Virus record (IMG/VR): IMGVR_UViG_3300029983_000007
Coordinates: 1 to 64,000 of that record
Direction: 5' to 3' (one strand)
DNA length: 64,000 nt
Part shown: positions 38,947-50,015 of the stretch, piece after piece
Position numbering within the stretch: the stretch's first letter is position 1
How the letters are laid out: every line of letters begins with the position of its first letter
Program-made: the position numbers and the translations under genes
Notes under the pieces: model-generated
The model's input: only the letters and a program-made list of their open reading frames with translations
Told to the model about the DNA's origin: nothing
The model's database searches: none

Positions 38947-40672
38947 CTATTACTGTGAATGACATTTTTTTTGTTATTTTTAAAATTCTATTGAAATAAT
39001 TTCTCATTGGAGAACTTTCTGTGAAATATACTTTTGGATCAAGTATAATTATATTTAGATTAAATTCTTTTGTGAATTTTTTTAATACATTTAATGCAAA
39101 TTCTACATTTTCAGGACCCATACTAGAAAATACTTCATCTAAAAATAAAATATTCAATTTTCTGAATTTCAATATTAATTTAAGATAAGAAAGAGCAATT
39201 CCAATATTTATTTTCTTTGATTCACCCATAGATAAACTTTCAGGATGTATTTCAATTGTCAGTCTCTCATATATTTTAACATTAAAATTTTCGTCTATTT
39301 TAACACTATATGTAGATTTCATTTCATCTAAAATATCCTTCAAATAAACATTTATAGGTTTTACTATATTTTTTACTATGCTTTTTCTAACTCCATTAGT
39401 AGAAAATATAGTTTTTAATTCTTCATAGACTTGATTTTTTTCATTTAGTTCTATTATTTTTTTACTATTTTTAATGTTGCTATTTTTAAGTTCTTCTATA
39501 TTTTTTTCTAATTCATTAATTGATACATGATCAGAAGTATCTATTAAATTTGAAATTTGCTTTGTTATTATTTTTAATTCATATATCAAATTATTATATT
39601 CAGAATTAGTTATATTTTTTTTATTAAATAAAGAATCTCTACTATTTGATATCTGTGTTAATTTTAAAGTTAAATCATCTTTTTTAGAATTTAAGTCTTT
39701 AAACTTTTCCTTTTCCTTTTCTAATTTTAAATTAATATCACTCAAATCATGCTTGTGATTTTCGTCACATAAATTAGTGTTACACAATGGGCAAATTCCA
39801 GATTCATAAACGTCTAATTTTTCTTCTATGACTTTTATTTCAAATTTTATTTCAATTATATTATTTGATATTATATTTCTTTGATTTTCAAAATCCTGTC
39901 TTTCTTGTTCTAACTTTTTAAATTTATCATCATATGAACTCAATTCTTTTTTAGCATTTATGTATGGTTCTCTTTTAGAATTTTTCTCTTTTTCTAATTT
40001 CTCTTTTTCTAATTCTTTATCTAATATACCACTTTTTTTAATATTTACAATATTTTGATTTAACGTTTTTATTGTTTGTTCATTTGTTTCAATTATAGAT
40101 ATTAATTTTAATTCATTTTCTTTGTTTTGTCTAATTAAGCCATTGCTTAACGTTAAATATTCATCTAAATTTTGCAAATTAAACAATCTATTTATTATGC
40201 TTCTTTTCTCTTCTGGATTTAAATCAATAAAATTTGCAAAATCTGATACTGACATAGAAATAAAACTTTTATATGTATCATAATCAAATCCTATTAATTT
40301 ATCTCTATCTTCTTTTTTTAAATTTTTAAATTTTCTTGTTTCATCTATATCATTGATAAATACTTTTGCACGATTAGGTTCTAAACATCTCTGAATTTTA
40401 ATGTTATCAGACATATTATTAAAAAATTGTATTTCAGTTTCTAAATTTTTATTAATTCTATTCGGTAGTATTGATTGTGGAACTCTTTTACCACTTTTGC
40501 CCCTCACTATACCAAAAATAGAAAAATCAAATGATTGTTGAAAAGAAGATTTGCCTCCACCGTTATTTGCAGTTAATAGAATCAAATCAGAAGAATCTTC
40601 TTTGAATTTTACTGTTTGTGTGTTATTTCCAAATGATTTGAAATTTCTAAGTGAAATGGATTTAATTATCAT
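38930..40672 (-). CDS. sbcC: Recombination endonuclease ATPase subunit (gp46/SbcC/Rad50)
   Basis: NFKSFG, Walker A NGGGKSS, CPLC zinc hook, LSMGE signature, LFLDEVF Walker B. Confidence 0.92.
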   Translation of the reverse strand: MIIKSISLRNFKSFGNNTQTVKFKEDSSDLILLTANNGGGKSSFQQSFDFSIFGIVRGKSGKRVPQSILPNRINKNLETEIQFFNNMSDNIKIQRCLEPNRAKVFINDIDETRKFKNLKKEDRDKLIGFDYDTYKSFISMSVSDFANFIDLNPEEKRSIINRLFNLQNLDEYLTLSNGLIRQNKENELKLISIIETNEQTIKTLNQNIVNIKKSGILDKELEKEKLEKEKNSKREPYINAKKELSSYDDKFKKLEQERQDFENQRNIISNNIIEIKFEIKVIEEKLDVYESGICPLCNTNLCDENHKHDLSDINLKLEKEKEKFKDLNSKKDDLTLKLTQISNSRDSLFNKKNITNSEYNNLIYELKIITKQISNLIDTSDHVSINELEKNIEELKNSNIKNSKKIIELNEKNQVYEELKTIFSTNGVRKSIVKNIVKPINVYLKDILDEMKSTYSVKIDENFNVKIYERLTIEIHPESLSMGESKKINIGIALSYLKLILKFRKLNILFLDEVFSSMGPENVEFALNVLKKFTKEFNLNIIILDPKVYFTESSPMRNYFNRILKITKKMSFTVIDEENI

Positions 40673-40801
40673 GTATAATTATATATGAACATAAAAAAAA
40701 AGTTTTCTATAAAAAATGTTATTTTTAAATTAATATTAATAATATTAATAATATTATTAATTAGGACACGAAAAGATTTATATATAAATAAAAAACAAAA
40801 T

Positions 40802-41476
40802 ATGAAAACAATAAAAACATACTCAATAGATGAAACCCTATATGATGCATTTGATACATTGGCATCAGAGAAAAATATTAATAAAAGTTCTTTTTTCGAA
40901 GATGCTATTAAAAAATATTTAAAAGAAAATAATTTAGAAATTGTAGGAGAAGATTATAGATTAAAAACAAATGATGCTTATATTGTAACAATTCTATCTC
41001 AAAATGATAAAATATGTAATTTGAGTAGTGGTGATAAAATTCAAAGAAGATTATTTTATGATTTATTTATGCCAGTTGATGGTGTTAATCCAGAAGAATT
41101 TTTTGGTAGTAATAATAAAGTATTAGAAGATGTATTTAATAAAGTTAAAAAATTAAATCCAGACGATGTAGGAGATATTAATTGTGTTCCTACCAACGAA
41201 TTTTATAGTAAAGATTTGTTTAATGTTATTAATACTGAAAATAAATCTGATGATATAGTGTCTACAATTAAAGAAAGTGCAGAAGATGTAAAGGAATTAT
41301 TTAAAATTAATTATAATTACAAATCAAAAGAGTATTTAAATTGTTCTAAACTTGAAATTTGTGATATAATTATTAAATTGAAGATAATGACATTTGAATA
41401 TGACAACTCTTCAGATAATTTGAGGAATTTGTTAGTAGATATTTACACAATTTATAAAGATACACTTATTATATGA
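40802..41476 (+). CDS. Protein with N-terminal ribbon-helix-helix domain
   Basis: MKTIKTYSIDETLYDAF...NKSSFFEDAIKKYL; TATATATA motif just upstream. Confidence 0.6.
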   Translation: MKTIKTYSIDETLYDAFDTLASEKNINKSSFFEDAIKKYLKENNLEIVGEDYRLKTNDAYIVTILSQNDKICNLSSGDKIQRRLFYDLFMPVDGVNPEEFFGSNNKVLEDVFNKVKKLNPDDVGDINCVPTNEFYSKDLFNVINTENKSDDIVSTIKESAEDVKELFKINYNYKSKEYLNCSKLEICDIIIKLKIMTFEYDNSSDNLRNLLVDIYTIYKDTLII

Positions 41477-41505
41477 AAAAAAGAGATTCAAATGAATCTC
41501 TTTTT
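41476..41505. terminator. Bidirectional intrinsic terminator
   Basis: AAAAAAAGAGATTCA-aa-TGAATCTCTTTTT. Confidence 0.7.
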
Positions 41506-41525
41506 GTTATTTTAATTTTTAATTT

Positions 41526-42293
41526 TTAATTCATTTTCTCAAATCTCCATTTAAAGTAATAATAGTCATTATTTTCTATATGGTAAGTATCTTCATTTAT
41601 CTTCATTATGATATATGGCTTATTGTTACTATTGATATTATATCCTAAAATTTCAACTACTTTGTTTTCGTTTATTTCAAATAGTTTGCCTATATTATCT
41701 TTTACCTTAGTTTCATTTTTCATATTTTTATAAAACCCTTTATCTGGTATGAACCATTTATCTAACTTTTTATAAAAATAATTACTCAATTTTAGTTTAT
41801 ATTCACTATCAAATCTGTATAAGTATTCTGGCTCGAAATATACTTCTGATTCAAGTGTTGGTCTTATTAAACCATTATAATTTCTGAATACGCCAAAATA
41901 TTCTTCTTTATCAAATTCAAATGATATAAATACATCTAATTTTAAACTACTATTTTCATATATTCTTAAAATTTTAATGTTGTCATACAATTCAATATCT
42001 TCCAAAAATGGATTACTATCTTTATAGATTAAGTTATTTTGACCACGTAAGCCTTTTATTACTCTATCTAAGTTAGATACTAAGCCAGATTGACGGGCAT
42101 AAAAATCAGTATATGGACTATCCTGATAGTTATAATACGATGAGCTTGGATCCTGAGCAAAGGCAAAGTCTCCTCCTCCTCCTGCAGTACCCATTGGTTC
42201 AATCCCGAATTGAAATTGTTGAAATTCTGAATCCTCTGTTATTAGGTTTGCTTCATTAAAAAATGAATATCTACTATATTTTAATACTTTCAT
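41526..42293 (-). CDS. Hypothetical (putative virion) protein
   Basis: Starts MKVLKYSRYSFFNE. Confidence 0.6.
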   Translation of the reverse strand: MKVLKYSRYSFFNEANLITEDSEFQQFQFGIEPMGTAGGGGDFAFAQDPSSSYYNYQDSPYTDFYARQSGLVSNLDRVIKGLRGQNNLIYKDSNPFLEDIELYDNIKILRIYENSSLKLDVFISFEFDKEEYFGVFRNYNGLIRPTLESEVYFEPEYLYRFDSEYKLKLSNYFYKKLDKWFIPDKGFYKNMKNETKVKDNIGKLFEINENKVVEILGYNINSNNKPYIIMKINEDTYHIENNDYYYFKWRFEKMN

Positions 42294-42381
42294 ACTGTTA
42301 TATATAAATTTTTCGATTTATTATTTTAATATATATTTAAAGGAATAAATAAAATTAATATATAAAGATAAAAGAATATTT

Positions 42382-42876
42382 ATGTCAGAAGAATTAGATA
42401 ATAATCAAGAAAATAAAAAAAATATCAATTATAATAAAAAATTTGATATTATTGAAAAATATCAATTTAAAGATGATTCTGTTGAACTAATAACAGATTC
42501 TCCTTCTGAATCATCGATTAAAAAAAATATCGAAGGAGTTTTAATTAAAGATATACCATCCAAGTCACTTAGTAAGAAAAGTGAGAGTAAAAACGCAGAA
42601 AAAATAACAGAAGTTAATAAAATAGAAAAAGTAGACTCAACTGAAATAAAAACTGAAAAAAAATATACTATTATGAAATCCAATAAAGAATTGTATGGTT
42701 CTTTTATTAAAGAATTGAAATATTATTCATTGAGCATTAACGATGAAGTTATTTATGATTCAAGTATTGATAAATCTAAAGACTGTCCTGTTAAATTTGA
42801 AAATGATTATTTTATCTTATTTGGTAAAAAATATTCATATAATGGCTTAAAAATTAAAAAAATTAATTTAAAATAA
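42382..42876 (+). CDS. Hypothetical protein
   Basis: ORF track. Confidence 0.55.
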   Translation: MSEELDNNQENKKNINYNKKFDIIEKYQFKDDSVELITDSPSESSIKKNIEGVLIKDIPSKSLSKKSESKNAEKITEVNKIEKVDSTEIKTEKKYTIMKSNKELYGSFIKELKYYSLSINDEVIYDSSIDKSKDCPVKFENDYFILFGKKYSYNGLKIKKINLK

Positions 42877-44847
42877 ATGGAATTAAAAAATATTCAAAAT
42901 CGTAAAGATTTTATTAAAATGAATGAAATTTTTGGTGGAACTCAAGGTGGAGTTGGCGCTAGAGATGGATTTGCAAATAATTCTGAATTGAAAGATACTT
43001 ATTTAGGAAAACTAATGAATGGTTTATTTAAAGGATTGAGTTGGTTATGGAGAAAAAGTAAAGAAAATTTCATTATTAACAGAATGATTGCAAAATTAAT
43101 TAATGAATTAGTTCGTGGAGTTATAATATATTGCTTCATAAAAAAAATTGATTTACAATCAGGTAAAATATCAGAATCAGAATCTGAATCAGTAAACAAA
43201 GAAAATGTAGAATCAAATGATAACAAAGTTAATTTTGATGTAATTAAAAAGGATATTGGAGAGGATTTGTTTAATAGAATGATGAGCGGTAATGAAGATG
43301 AAGATGTTGAAGAATTGATTAAAAAATCAGGAATAAAAACAGATAATGATAGAACGATAATAAAAAATATCAATGACGTAAAAGAAGTTGTAGATAAGGA
43401 AGATTATAATAGAATGGAAACTGAAACATACGAATTTTTGAAGAAAAATATTCAATATTTTGACGAAATTAAGAAAAATGCAGATGACGGCGATGAAGAT
43501 TCTAAAAAGAAACTTGATATGATAAAAGCTATCTATGTCAATTATGAAATAGTTAGAAAATTAAAAGAAAAAGAAACAAAAAATAAAGGAGCATTAGGAG
43601 AAGCATCATTAACAAATGAGGCATTAACTAAACTGAGAACAGATTCTAGTGCTGGTAAAATTGGATTAGGATCAAATTCTCCAACTATAAGTCCTGCTAT
43701 CAATCCAAAATCACTTATTAAAAGTTTTGTTAGTGTTAAAAGCATTATAACTAAAAGAGATCAAGACAAATATAAAGAGCGTGAAGCTGATTTTTCTCTA
43801 CCAATATCAGATATAAATTTAGCTGAAATAGAAAAAACAATTAATAGAAAAACTGATGTTATGAAAGAAGTTTCATCAAATGTAAATTCTGAAAGTTTGA
43901 AAGTAATTCAACTTACTGTGAAAGAATTATTAGTTTCAAATAGTCAAGAACAAAATGTAGAAAAAGAAAAATTAAAATTGAGATGGGATAAAGAATTATC
44001 AAAGGTGTATGCTAGTTTTTCTTTACTGATGGATATACCAAGTGTTGATATAAGAGATGGAAACTACGGATCAGGCTTAAATTTATCAGGCTCAACATCA
44101 AGGGTATATAAAGAAGTTAAACAAATTGGTTCTGATACAGAATCATTGAAAATTGGCGATCAATTGGGTGATTCATTAAATCCAGTTGAAACTAAAATAG
44201 GTGGATTGGAAGGAAATTGGCAATATTGTATTTTTGATTATCAAGGAATAAATTATAATGCTACAATAGCACCAATTAGTTCTGCACCATCAAATGGATT
44301 TTATATGTTTATGGTTACGCAGACAATTAAGAAAATAGAAAATAATGTTGTCACATCAAATTTTAAAGAATTTGAGAAAATTTTTACATCTACAAATTTT
44401 GCAAATGTTAATCTTAAAAAAGATGATGTAGTTAATGTATACTTCATGTTAAAGAAAGGTGCTAGTTTACCATCAGGTACAAGTGCAAATACAAATGGGC
44501 AAAGCAATAGTTTTTTAGTTTTTAATAATTATATTAGTTCTGACAATAAAACCAATAAATTGTTTCTATGTGAGCCATCAGGAGAGAAATTTATAGCTGA
44601 TTTGGATTTAAGTAATCCTAGTAATACAATTGATGGCGTAATAGCTAGTAATTATCAAAAAGATAAAATTAGTATTAAGAGCTGTCGTAAGTTTGATAGA
44701 GTTAAATTTTGGTGGAAAGCATTAAATCTTATAACTGATACTAATGATAAAAAATTCTGTGCTTTTAAAGATGATGAAAGTAATCCTGTATTTTGGAATG
44801 ATAAAGTAGTATTAGATAATCTAAAGAAAATTGCATCTAAATTTTAA
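42877..44847 (+). CDS. Large putative internal head protein
   Basis: Starts MELKNIQNRKDFIKMNE; 656 aa. Confidence 0.55.
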   Translation: MELKNIQNRKDFIKMNEIFGGTQGGVGARDGFANNSELKDTYLGKLMNGLFKGLSWLWRKSKENFIINRMIAKLINELVRGVIIYCFIKKIDLQSGKISESESESVNKENVESNDNKVNFDVIKKDIGEDLFNRMMSGNEDEDVEELIKKSGIKTDNDRTIIKNINDVKEVVDKEDYNRMETETYEFLKKNIQYFDEIKKNADDGDEDSKKKLDMIKAIYVNYEIVRKLKEKETKNKGALGEASLTNEALTKLRTDSSAGKIGLGSNSPTISPAINPKSLIKSFVSVKSIITKRDQDKYKEREADFSLPISDINLAEIEKTINRKTDVMKEVSSNVNSESLKVIQLTVKELLVSNSQEQNVEKEKLKLRWDKELSKVYASFSLLMDIPSVDIRDGNYGSGLNLSGSTSRVYKEVKQIGSDTESLKIGDQLGDSLNPVETKIGGLEGNWQYCIFDYQGINYNATIAPISSAPSNGFYMFMVTQTIKKIENNVVTSNFKEFEKIFTSTNFANVNLKKDDVVNVYFMLKKGASLPSGTSANTNGQSNSFLVFNNYISSDNKTNKLFLCEPSGEKFIADLDLSNPSNTIDGVIASNYQKDKISIKSCRKFDRVKFWWKALNLITDTNDKKFCAFKDDESNPVFWNDKVVLDNLKKIASKF

Positions 44848-44866
44848 ATAAAATATAAAATATAAA

Positions 44867-45958
44867 ATGAAAAAAACATATTCAGATTTCATATTAAATG
44901 AACAAGATTCATCAACAGCAGTTGCTCCTAGTGCAACTACAAAAGTAGAGCCAACTAATACTGCTGAAACAACAAAAACAATCAATCCTGATGTACCTGG
45001 TGAAGAAAAAACAACAGTTGATCAAGAACAAGATGATACAAAAAAAGATGACAGTCAAAAAGATGAAATAATATCAAATTTTGATGAAACAAAAGGAGAA
45101 GAGATTATCAAAGAAATTCGTGATTTTTGGATAAATAAAATAATAACAGAAAATGAATTAAATTTTTCTGGTAACACATTAAAGATTCTTTATGTCAAAC
45201 AAAAAAATTCAAAATATATTAAATACAAAGATACTATTAATGAAGTTATTGCATCAAAAACAGCAGAATGTAATCAAAGATTGATTGATTCTGATGTTAA
45301 CGATATGTTTTTTTATGTTGATTATCCTATTAAACTTATCAAAAAAGGATTGACAGGCAAACCTAGTATTGTTTCATTCTTTAATAGACAAACTGATGAA
45401 AAATATAACTCTAAAATAAAAGAAATAATAAGTAATAATGAATATGCTGATAGCTCAGGATTACCTGAATATCAGAAAAAATTAGTATTGGGTGAATTCG
45501 AATTATTAACAGACATAGATGAAAAACATACATATATGTATGATAATCAGCCAGTTGAATTTACATTCGAAAATGGTGCAATAAAAACAATGGTCAATGC
45601 AGATACAAATAATTCAATTAGTTTAGTAGATAAAAACGACAAAAATATATTTGATATCACAAAATTGAAAAAATATGATGAATCAGCCAAATCAGATATA
45701 ACAACAAACACTACAACTGTTGCTGCTACCACAACAAACACAACAACTGTTGCTGCTACCACAACAAACACAACAACTGTTGCTGCTACCACAACAAACA
45801 CTACAACTGTTGCTGCTACCACAACAAACACTACAACTATTGCTGCTACCACAACAAACACAACAACTATTGCTGTGAGTAAGAAAAATGTTATGAATAG
45901 TAAAGATTTTAAAAATAATAAAATTTTAAATAAAAATAAGAATAAAAACACATTTTAA
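44867..45958 (+). CDS. Putative internal head protein with Thr-rich repeats
   Basis: MKKTYSDFILNE resembles T4 CTS MKTYQEFIAE; TTNTTTVAAT repeats. Confidence 0.6.
   Translation: MKKTYSDFILNEQDSSTAVAPSATTKVEPTNTAETTKTINPDVPGEEKTTVDQEQDDTKKDDSQKDEIISNFDETKGEEIIKEIRDFWINKIITENELNFSGNTLKILYVKQKNSKYIKYKDTINEVIASKTAECNQRLIDSDVNDMFFYVDYPIKLIKKGLTGKPSIVSFFNRQTDEKYNSKIKEIISNNEYADSSGLPEYQKKLVLGEFELLTDIDEKHTYMYDNQPVEFTFENGAIKTMVNADTNNSISLVDKNDKNIFDITKLKKYDESAKSDITTNTTTVAATTTNTTTVAATTTNTTTVAATTTNTTTVAATTTNTTTIAATTTNTTTIAVSKKNVMNSKDFKNNKILNKNKNKNTF
45701..45875 (+). repeat. 30-bp coding tandem repeat, about 5.8 copies
   Basis: ACAACAAACAC(T/A)ACAACT(G/A)TTGCTGCTACC. Confidence 0.9.
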
Positions 45959-45972
45959 AAAAACTTAACAAA

Positions 45973-46407
45973 ATGAAACATATAAACAATTATGAATTTT
46001 TTTTAGAAAATGGTACGAGTAATCCTAACACACCACAAGGTTATGTAAATTCATTATCAAACAAAACAAAATTAAAACCAATCCAAAATAACAACAATCA
46101 ACAGATAAACAAACAGAAACCTACAGATGAAGTAGATAATATATTACAAGACACTGAGCAACAGAAACAAAATATTGTGGCAAAGAAAGATGTTATAGAA
46201 AAAGGTTTACTTCAGAATATTCAAGATTTAGAACCTGAAAATCAAAAAGTGGTAAAAACACAAGTACAGGATTATAAAAACCAAGTACAAGAATTTGATA
46301 AAACTGTACAGCAAATAGATAAATTAAATAAGACACTTAAAAAATCTAATGTTAATGTAAATGCAAACATAAACATGAAAAATGCAAGAAAACAAAATAA
46401 TTTTTAA
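45973..46407 (+). CDS. Putative virion coiled-coil protein
   Basis: Starts MKHINNYEFFLE; Gln/Asn-rich. Confidence 0.6.
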   Translation: MKHINNYEFFLENGTSNPNTPQGYVNSLSNKTKLKPIQNNNNQQINKQKPTDEVDNILQDTEQQKQNIVAKKDVIEKGLLQNIQDLEPENQKVVKTQVQDYKNQVQEFDKTVQQIDKLNKTLKKSNVNVNANINMKNARKQNNF

Positions 46408-46413
46408 TTATAA

Positions 46414-49395
46414 ATGTCTAAACTAGATGAAAAATACATAGAATCATTAGATACATTCACAACAGCACTAGAAAAAATCGTAGAAATATTAAAAGAACAG
46501 CAAAAAACTGGTAAAGCAGATGTTGTTAACGATTTTTTAAAAACTCCTATGGATGATTTGAGTCATGTTGTTAAGGATTTGCAAAAAATAACTGAGGACG
46601 GATTCAAAAATGTCAAAACAGACAACGAAAAAATATTACAGAAAATTGATGGTATAAAGAAGCAAAAAGAATCTGGAATGTTTGGTAGTATAGAGGATCC
46701 TAAAAATAAGAACAAAATTGTTGATGGTATTAAAGTTGTTGTATTAATTGCGGCAGGCGTTTTAGCATTAGGATTAGCATTTAAAATAATTGGAAAAGTT
46801 GATTTTCTGTCTGTTGTAGCGTTATCTGTATCTATGATATCTATGTCCATGGCTTATAGTAAAATAGCGGATATTAAAAATTTAAAATATACTAATATAC
46901 TTTTGATATCCGCTATTATGCCTTTGATGGCAATTGGATTAGCATTATCTGGATATATTTTGAAAGGTATGCCTAATTTTTCAATAATGCAATCAATATC
47001 TATACTTCTTATTAGTACAGCTATGGGACTAGCAACATATTTTATAATGAAATCAATTTCTAAGATTAGTACATCATCATTGAAAATGATACCATTATTA
47101 CCTTTTATTTTACCAATGATAGCATGGGGTATAGTCAAATCTTCCCAAATTTTAAAGAACGTTGATAGAATATCATTTGTCCAAGTACTATCTGTAGGAT
47201 TGATTGGATTAGCTTTGGGTGTAGCGACATTTGGTATATCATTAGCATTAAGGGGATTGAAAAACGTGACATACAAAGAAATGTTAGCATTACCATTCAT
47301 GATACCATTAATAGCAGGTGGTATAGTTTTGGCTAGTGAAATATTTAAAGGATTTGTACCGCTTAGTAATCCATTAGATTTATTAATTGGTAGTGCTGTT
47401 ATAGGATTGTCTTTATTATTTTTTACTCCAGCAATTTATTTTTTAGGTAAAATGAAGTTAGAAGATGTTATTACTGGAGCATTGATGATATTGCCAATGT
47501 CTTATGCTATTACTCAATCTAGTATTATTTTTAGTAAATTTATACCTCTTTCTGATCCATTGAATGTTGTTTTTAGTACATTAGCAATGGGTATATCAAT
47601 ATTGATTTTTACTCCTACCATTGTGCTATTAGGTAAATTGTCAATTTCTGATTTACTTGTTGGTATAGCAGGAAGTGTTTTGACTTCTGTTGCTATTGTA
47701 TTGGTTGCTAATATATTTGCATCATTACCAAATAATATGATAGCTCCAGATTTCATGTGGACATTATCTGCTGGATTGGCAATAGGAGGATTTGCTCTTA
47801 TAGCTGCTGGAGTTGGATTTTTTGCTGGAACTAATCCATTTTTCTGGATTGGACTTGCCGCTATTTTAGCAGTTGCTGGAATTATGGTTCTTGTTTCTCA
47901 TATTATACCAACTGGTAACTACGCTAAATATCCACCTTTGGATTGGGCTTTAGGAGTAGGTGGATCATTGATAGCATTTAGCTCTGCTATGATTTTAGCA
48001 TCAGCAGGTAGTATTGCAGGAGTAATTTCAAAAGTGTTTACTGGCGGAGAAGATCCTTTAATTAAGATAGCAAATTCCATGGTAGCTGTATCTTGGCTTT
48101 TACAGAGTGGAAAATGGGATAGTGGTTATCCAACATTAGGTTGGGCTTTAGGTGTTGGTACTGCGTTATCATTGTTTGCTGCTTCTTATGTTGCTATAAC
48201 AGGATTACAAGGAATTAATAAAGTATTTTCATTTTTAACTGGTACTAAATCACAAAGTTTCAATGATTTTGTTATATCAGCAGCAGGTGCAATGAAAACT
48301 GCAAATGCTGAATTATCAAGTGTGAATTGGAGTGCAGCAGGTAGTTATCCATCTAAAGATTACGCAGATGGAGTAGGAGAATTATTAAAATCATTTGCTG
48401 AAACATATGCAATAATATCTGTTTCAAATATATTTAGTAAAACTCCTGAGAATTTTGGAGTATTTGTTGAAAATGCTGCGAAATCTATGGTTACTGCAAA
48501 AACAATACTAGATAGAGCTGACTGGACTACTTCTGGACATCCTACAAAAGAGTATTCTGAAGGTATTGGAGCTTTTCTTGTGTCTATGGCTACTGCATAT
48601 TCTAAAATCAACGATATTGGAATTATGGAGTTTTTTGCAAAATTATTTAATGTTGGTAATAAATTGACAATAAATGATTTCGTTGAGCAATCATCAAATG
48701 CAATAGTTTTAGCATCTAATATATTAGCAGGTGGTGATTTTACTACAATTCCAGATTCAAAATATTTAACTAATTTTACTAATTTCCTAATTTCAATGGC
48801 AGATAATATTAACAATTTTAAAATTGACACATTGGATATGGCAGCTTTCACTTCAAATTTGAATTTATTAGCACCATCATTATCTTCATTATCAAATGCT
48901 ACTCAAAATCCTTTATCTGATATTTATATACAAGGCTTTGATAAGTTAGTTAAATTACTAGATAATATGCCGGATAAAAGTGCTCAAATACATAAATTGG
49001 CTGATTCATTTGTTGATTTATCAAATTCATTGAAAGATATTACAACTTTTGATAATTTATCAAAAGTCTCAGCTAGTGTGGTGCTTTTAAGTGCTGTTGA
49101 TGATACAAAACTACAAATAGTTCTTGATAAATTAAAAGATAACCAAGATACAATAAAAACTATTTATGGTAATTCAAGCTCAACACCAAATATAATGAAA
49201 ACAATGGGTAAATTTTTTGATACATTAACAGGCAATGATAAAATTGAAGCCAATAATAAATCAAATGAGCCAATTGTTGTTACTACCAAAATAGATCCAC
49301 AATTTTATAGTGACATGGCTGAAATGAAAAGATATTTGAAATCAATTAAAAATTCTTTAGATAAACCTGCACCTGCATCAAGTTTTCATAGATAA
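46414..49395 (+). CDS. Tape-measure-like protein
   Basis: 993 aa, helical, many Ala/Gly/Leu-rich hydrophobic repeats. Confidence 0.55.
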   Translation: MSKLDEKYIESLDTFTTALEKIVEILKEQQKTGKADVVNDFLKTPMDDLSHVVKDLQKITEDGFKNVKTDNEKILQKIDGIKKQKESGMFGSIEDPKNKNKIVDGIKVVVLIAAGVLALGLAFKIIGKVDFLSVVALSVSMISMSMAYSKIADIKNLKYTNILLISAIMPLMAIGLALSGYILKGMPNFSIMQSISILLISTAMGLATYFIMKSISKISTSSLKMIPLLPFILPMIAWGIVKSSQILKNVDRISFVQVLSVGLIGLALGVATFGISLALRGLKNVTYKEMLALPFMIPLIAGGIVLASEIFKGFVPLSNPLDLLIGSAVIGLSLLFFTPAIYFLGKMKLEDVITGALMILPMSYAITQSSIIFSKFIPLSDPLNVVFSTLAMGISILIFTPTIVLLGKLSISDLLVGIAGSVLTSVAIVLVANIFASLPNNMIAPDFMWTLSAGLAIGGFALIAAGVGFFAGTNPFFWIGLAAILAVAGIMVLVSHIIPTGNYAKYPPLDWALGVGGSLIAFSSAMILASAGSIAGVISKVFTGGEDPLIKIANSMVAVSWLLQSGKWDSGYPTLGWALGVGTALSLFAASYVAITGLQGINKVFSFLTGTKSQSFNDFVISAAGAMKTANAELSSVNWSAAGSYPSKDYADGVGELLKSFAETYAIISVSNIFSKTPENFGVFVENAAKSMVTAKTILDRADWTTSGHPTKEYSEGIGAFLVSMATAYSKINDIGIMEFFAKLFNVGNKLTINDFVEQSSNAIVLASNILAGGDFTTIPDSKYLTNFTNFLISMADNINNFKIDTLDMAAFTSNLNLLAPSLSSLSNATQNPLSDIYIQGFDKLVKLLDNMPDKSAQIHKLADSFVDLSNSLKDITTFDNLSKVSASVVLLSAVDDTKLQIVLDKLKDNQDTIKTIYGNSSSTPNIMKTMGKFFDTLTGNDKIEANNKSNEPIVVTTKIDPQFYSDMAEMKRYLKSIKNSLDKPAPASSFHR

Positions 49396-49547
49396 TCAGA
49401 GATAATCTATCATACCTGTAAACTTTAATTTAATTTTAATCTATAAGTTATTAAAGTAAATATTTTGATATTGTATAGTATCAAAATATTTATTGATATA
49501 TGTTCATTTGAACCTATATCAATAAATATATAAATAAAAAAGAAGAT

Positions 49548-49973
49548 ATGAAAAGATTTTTATATTTGATAAGATATTTTAAACTTCTTAAGAAGAATGA
49601 GAAGATTTTATCTGAATCCAGAATTAATAAAAATGTTAATCCCTATGGTATTCAATACGATTGGATAGGTAGATTATATACAGTACTAAATTTACCATTG
49701 GATGACAAAGAAAACATTGATAAGTATGGCTATTATTATGTTGATAATATGGTTAGAAATCATGTTATTGAAATTAATAATTTTTTATTTGAGTTAGGAA
49801 TGTTAGAATATGTAGAATTAGATACAGATAATATACAACAAATTGATGATTTAAATATAAGAATAGTATTAAAATTTAAGTATCTAAATACAAAAATTAT
49901 CGCAAGATTTCTTATAGGTACAATAGTATTAGGATTTTTATTTGGAATATTTTCTTTATTATTTTTATTATAA
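49548..49973 (+). CDS. Hypothetical protein with C-terminal TM helix
   Basis: ORF track; DWIGRLYTVLN. Confidence 0.55.
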   Translation: MKRFLYLIRYFKLLKKNEKILSESRINKNVNPYGIQYDWIGRLYTVLNLPLDDKENIDKYGYYYVDNMVRNHVIEINNFLFELGMLEYVELDTDNIQQIDDLNIRIVLKFKYLNTKIIARFLIGTIVLGFLFGIFSLLFLL

Positions 49974-50015
49974 ACTTTATTAAACAATTACAATATATTT
50001 AAAAAACAAAAAATT

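Noticed and set aside
42462-48851. Minus-strand hydrophobic ORFs (42462, 42999, 43542, 44301, 45547, 46563, 46854, 47514, 48360)
   Set aside because: They are antisense shadows of long plus-strand genes, with no promoters or motifs of their own.
49440-49530. Two adjacent inverted repeats after the tape-measure-like gene
   Set aside because: AT-only hairpins adjoining a late-promoter-like motif, best explained as terminator or promoter context.
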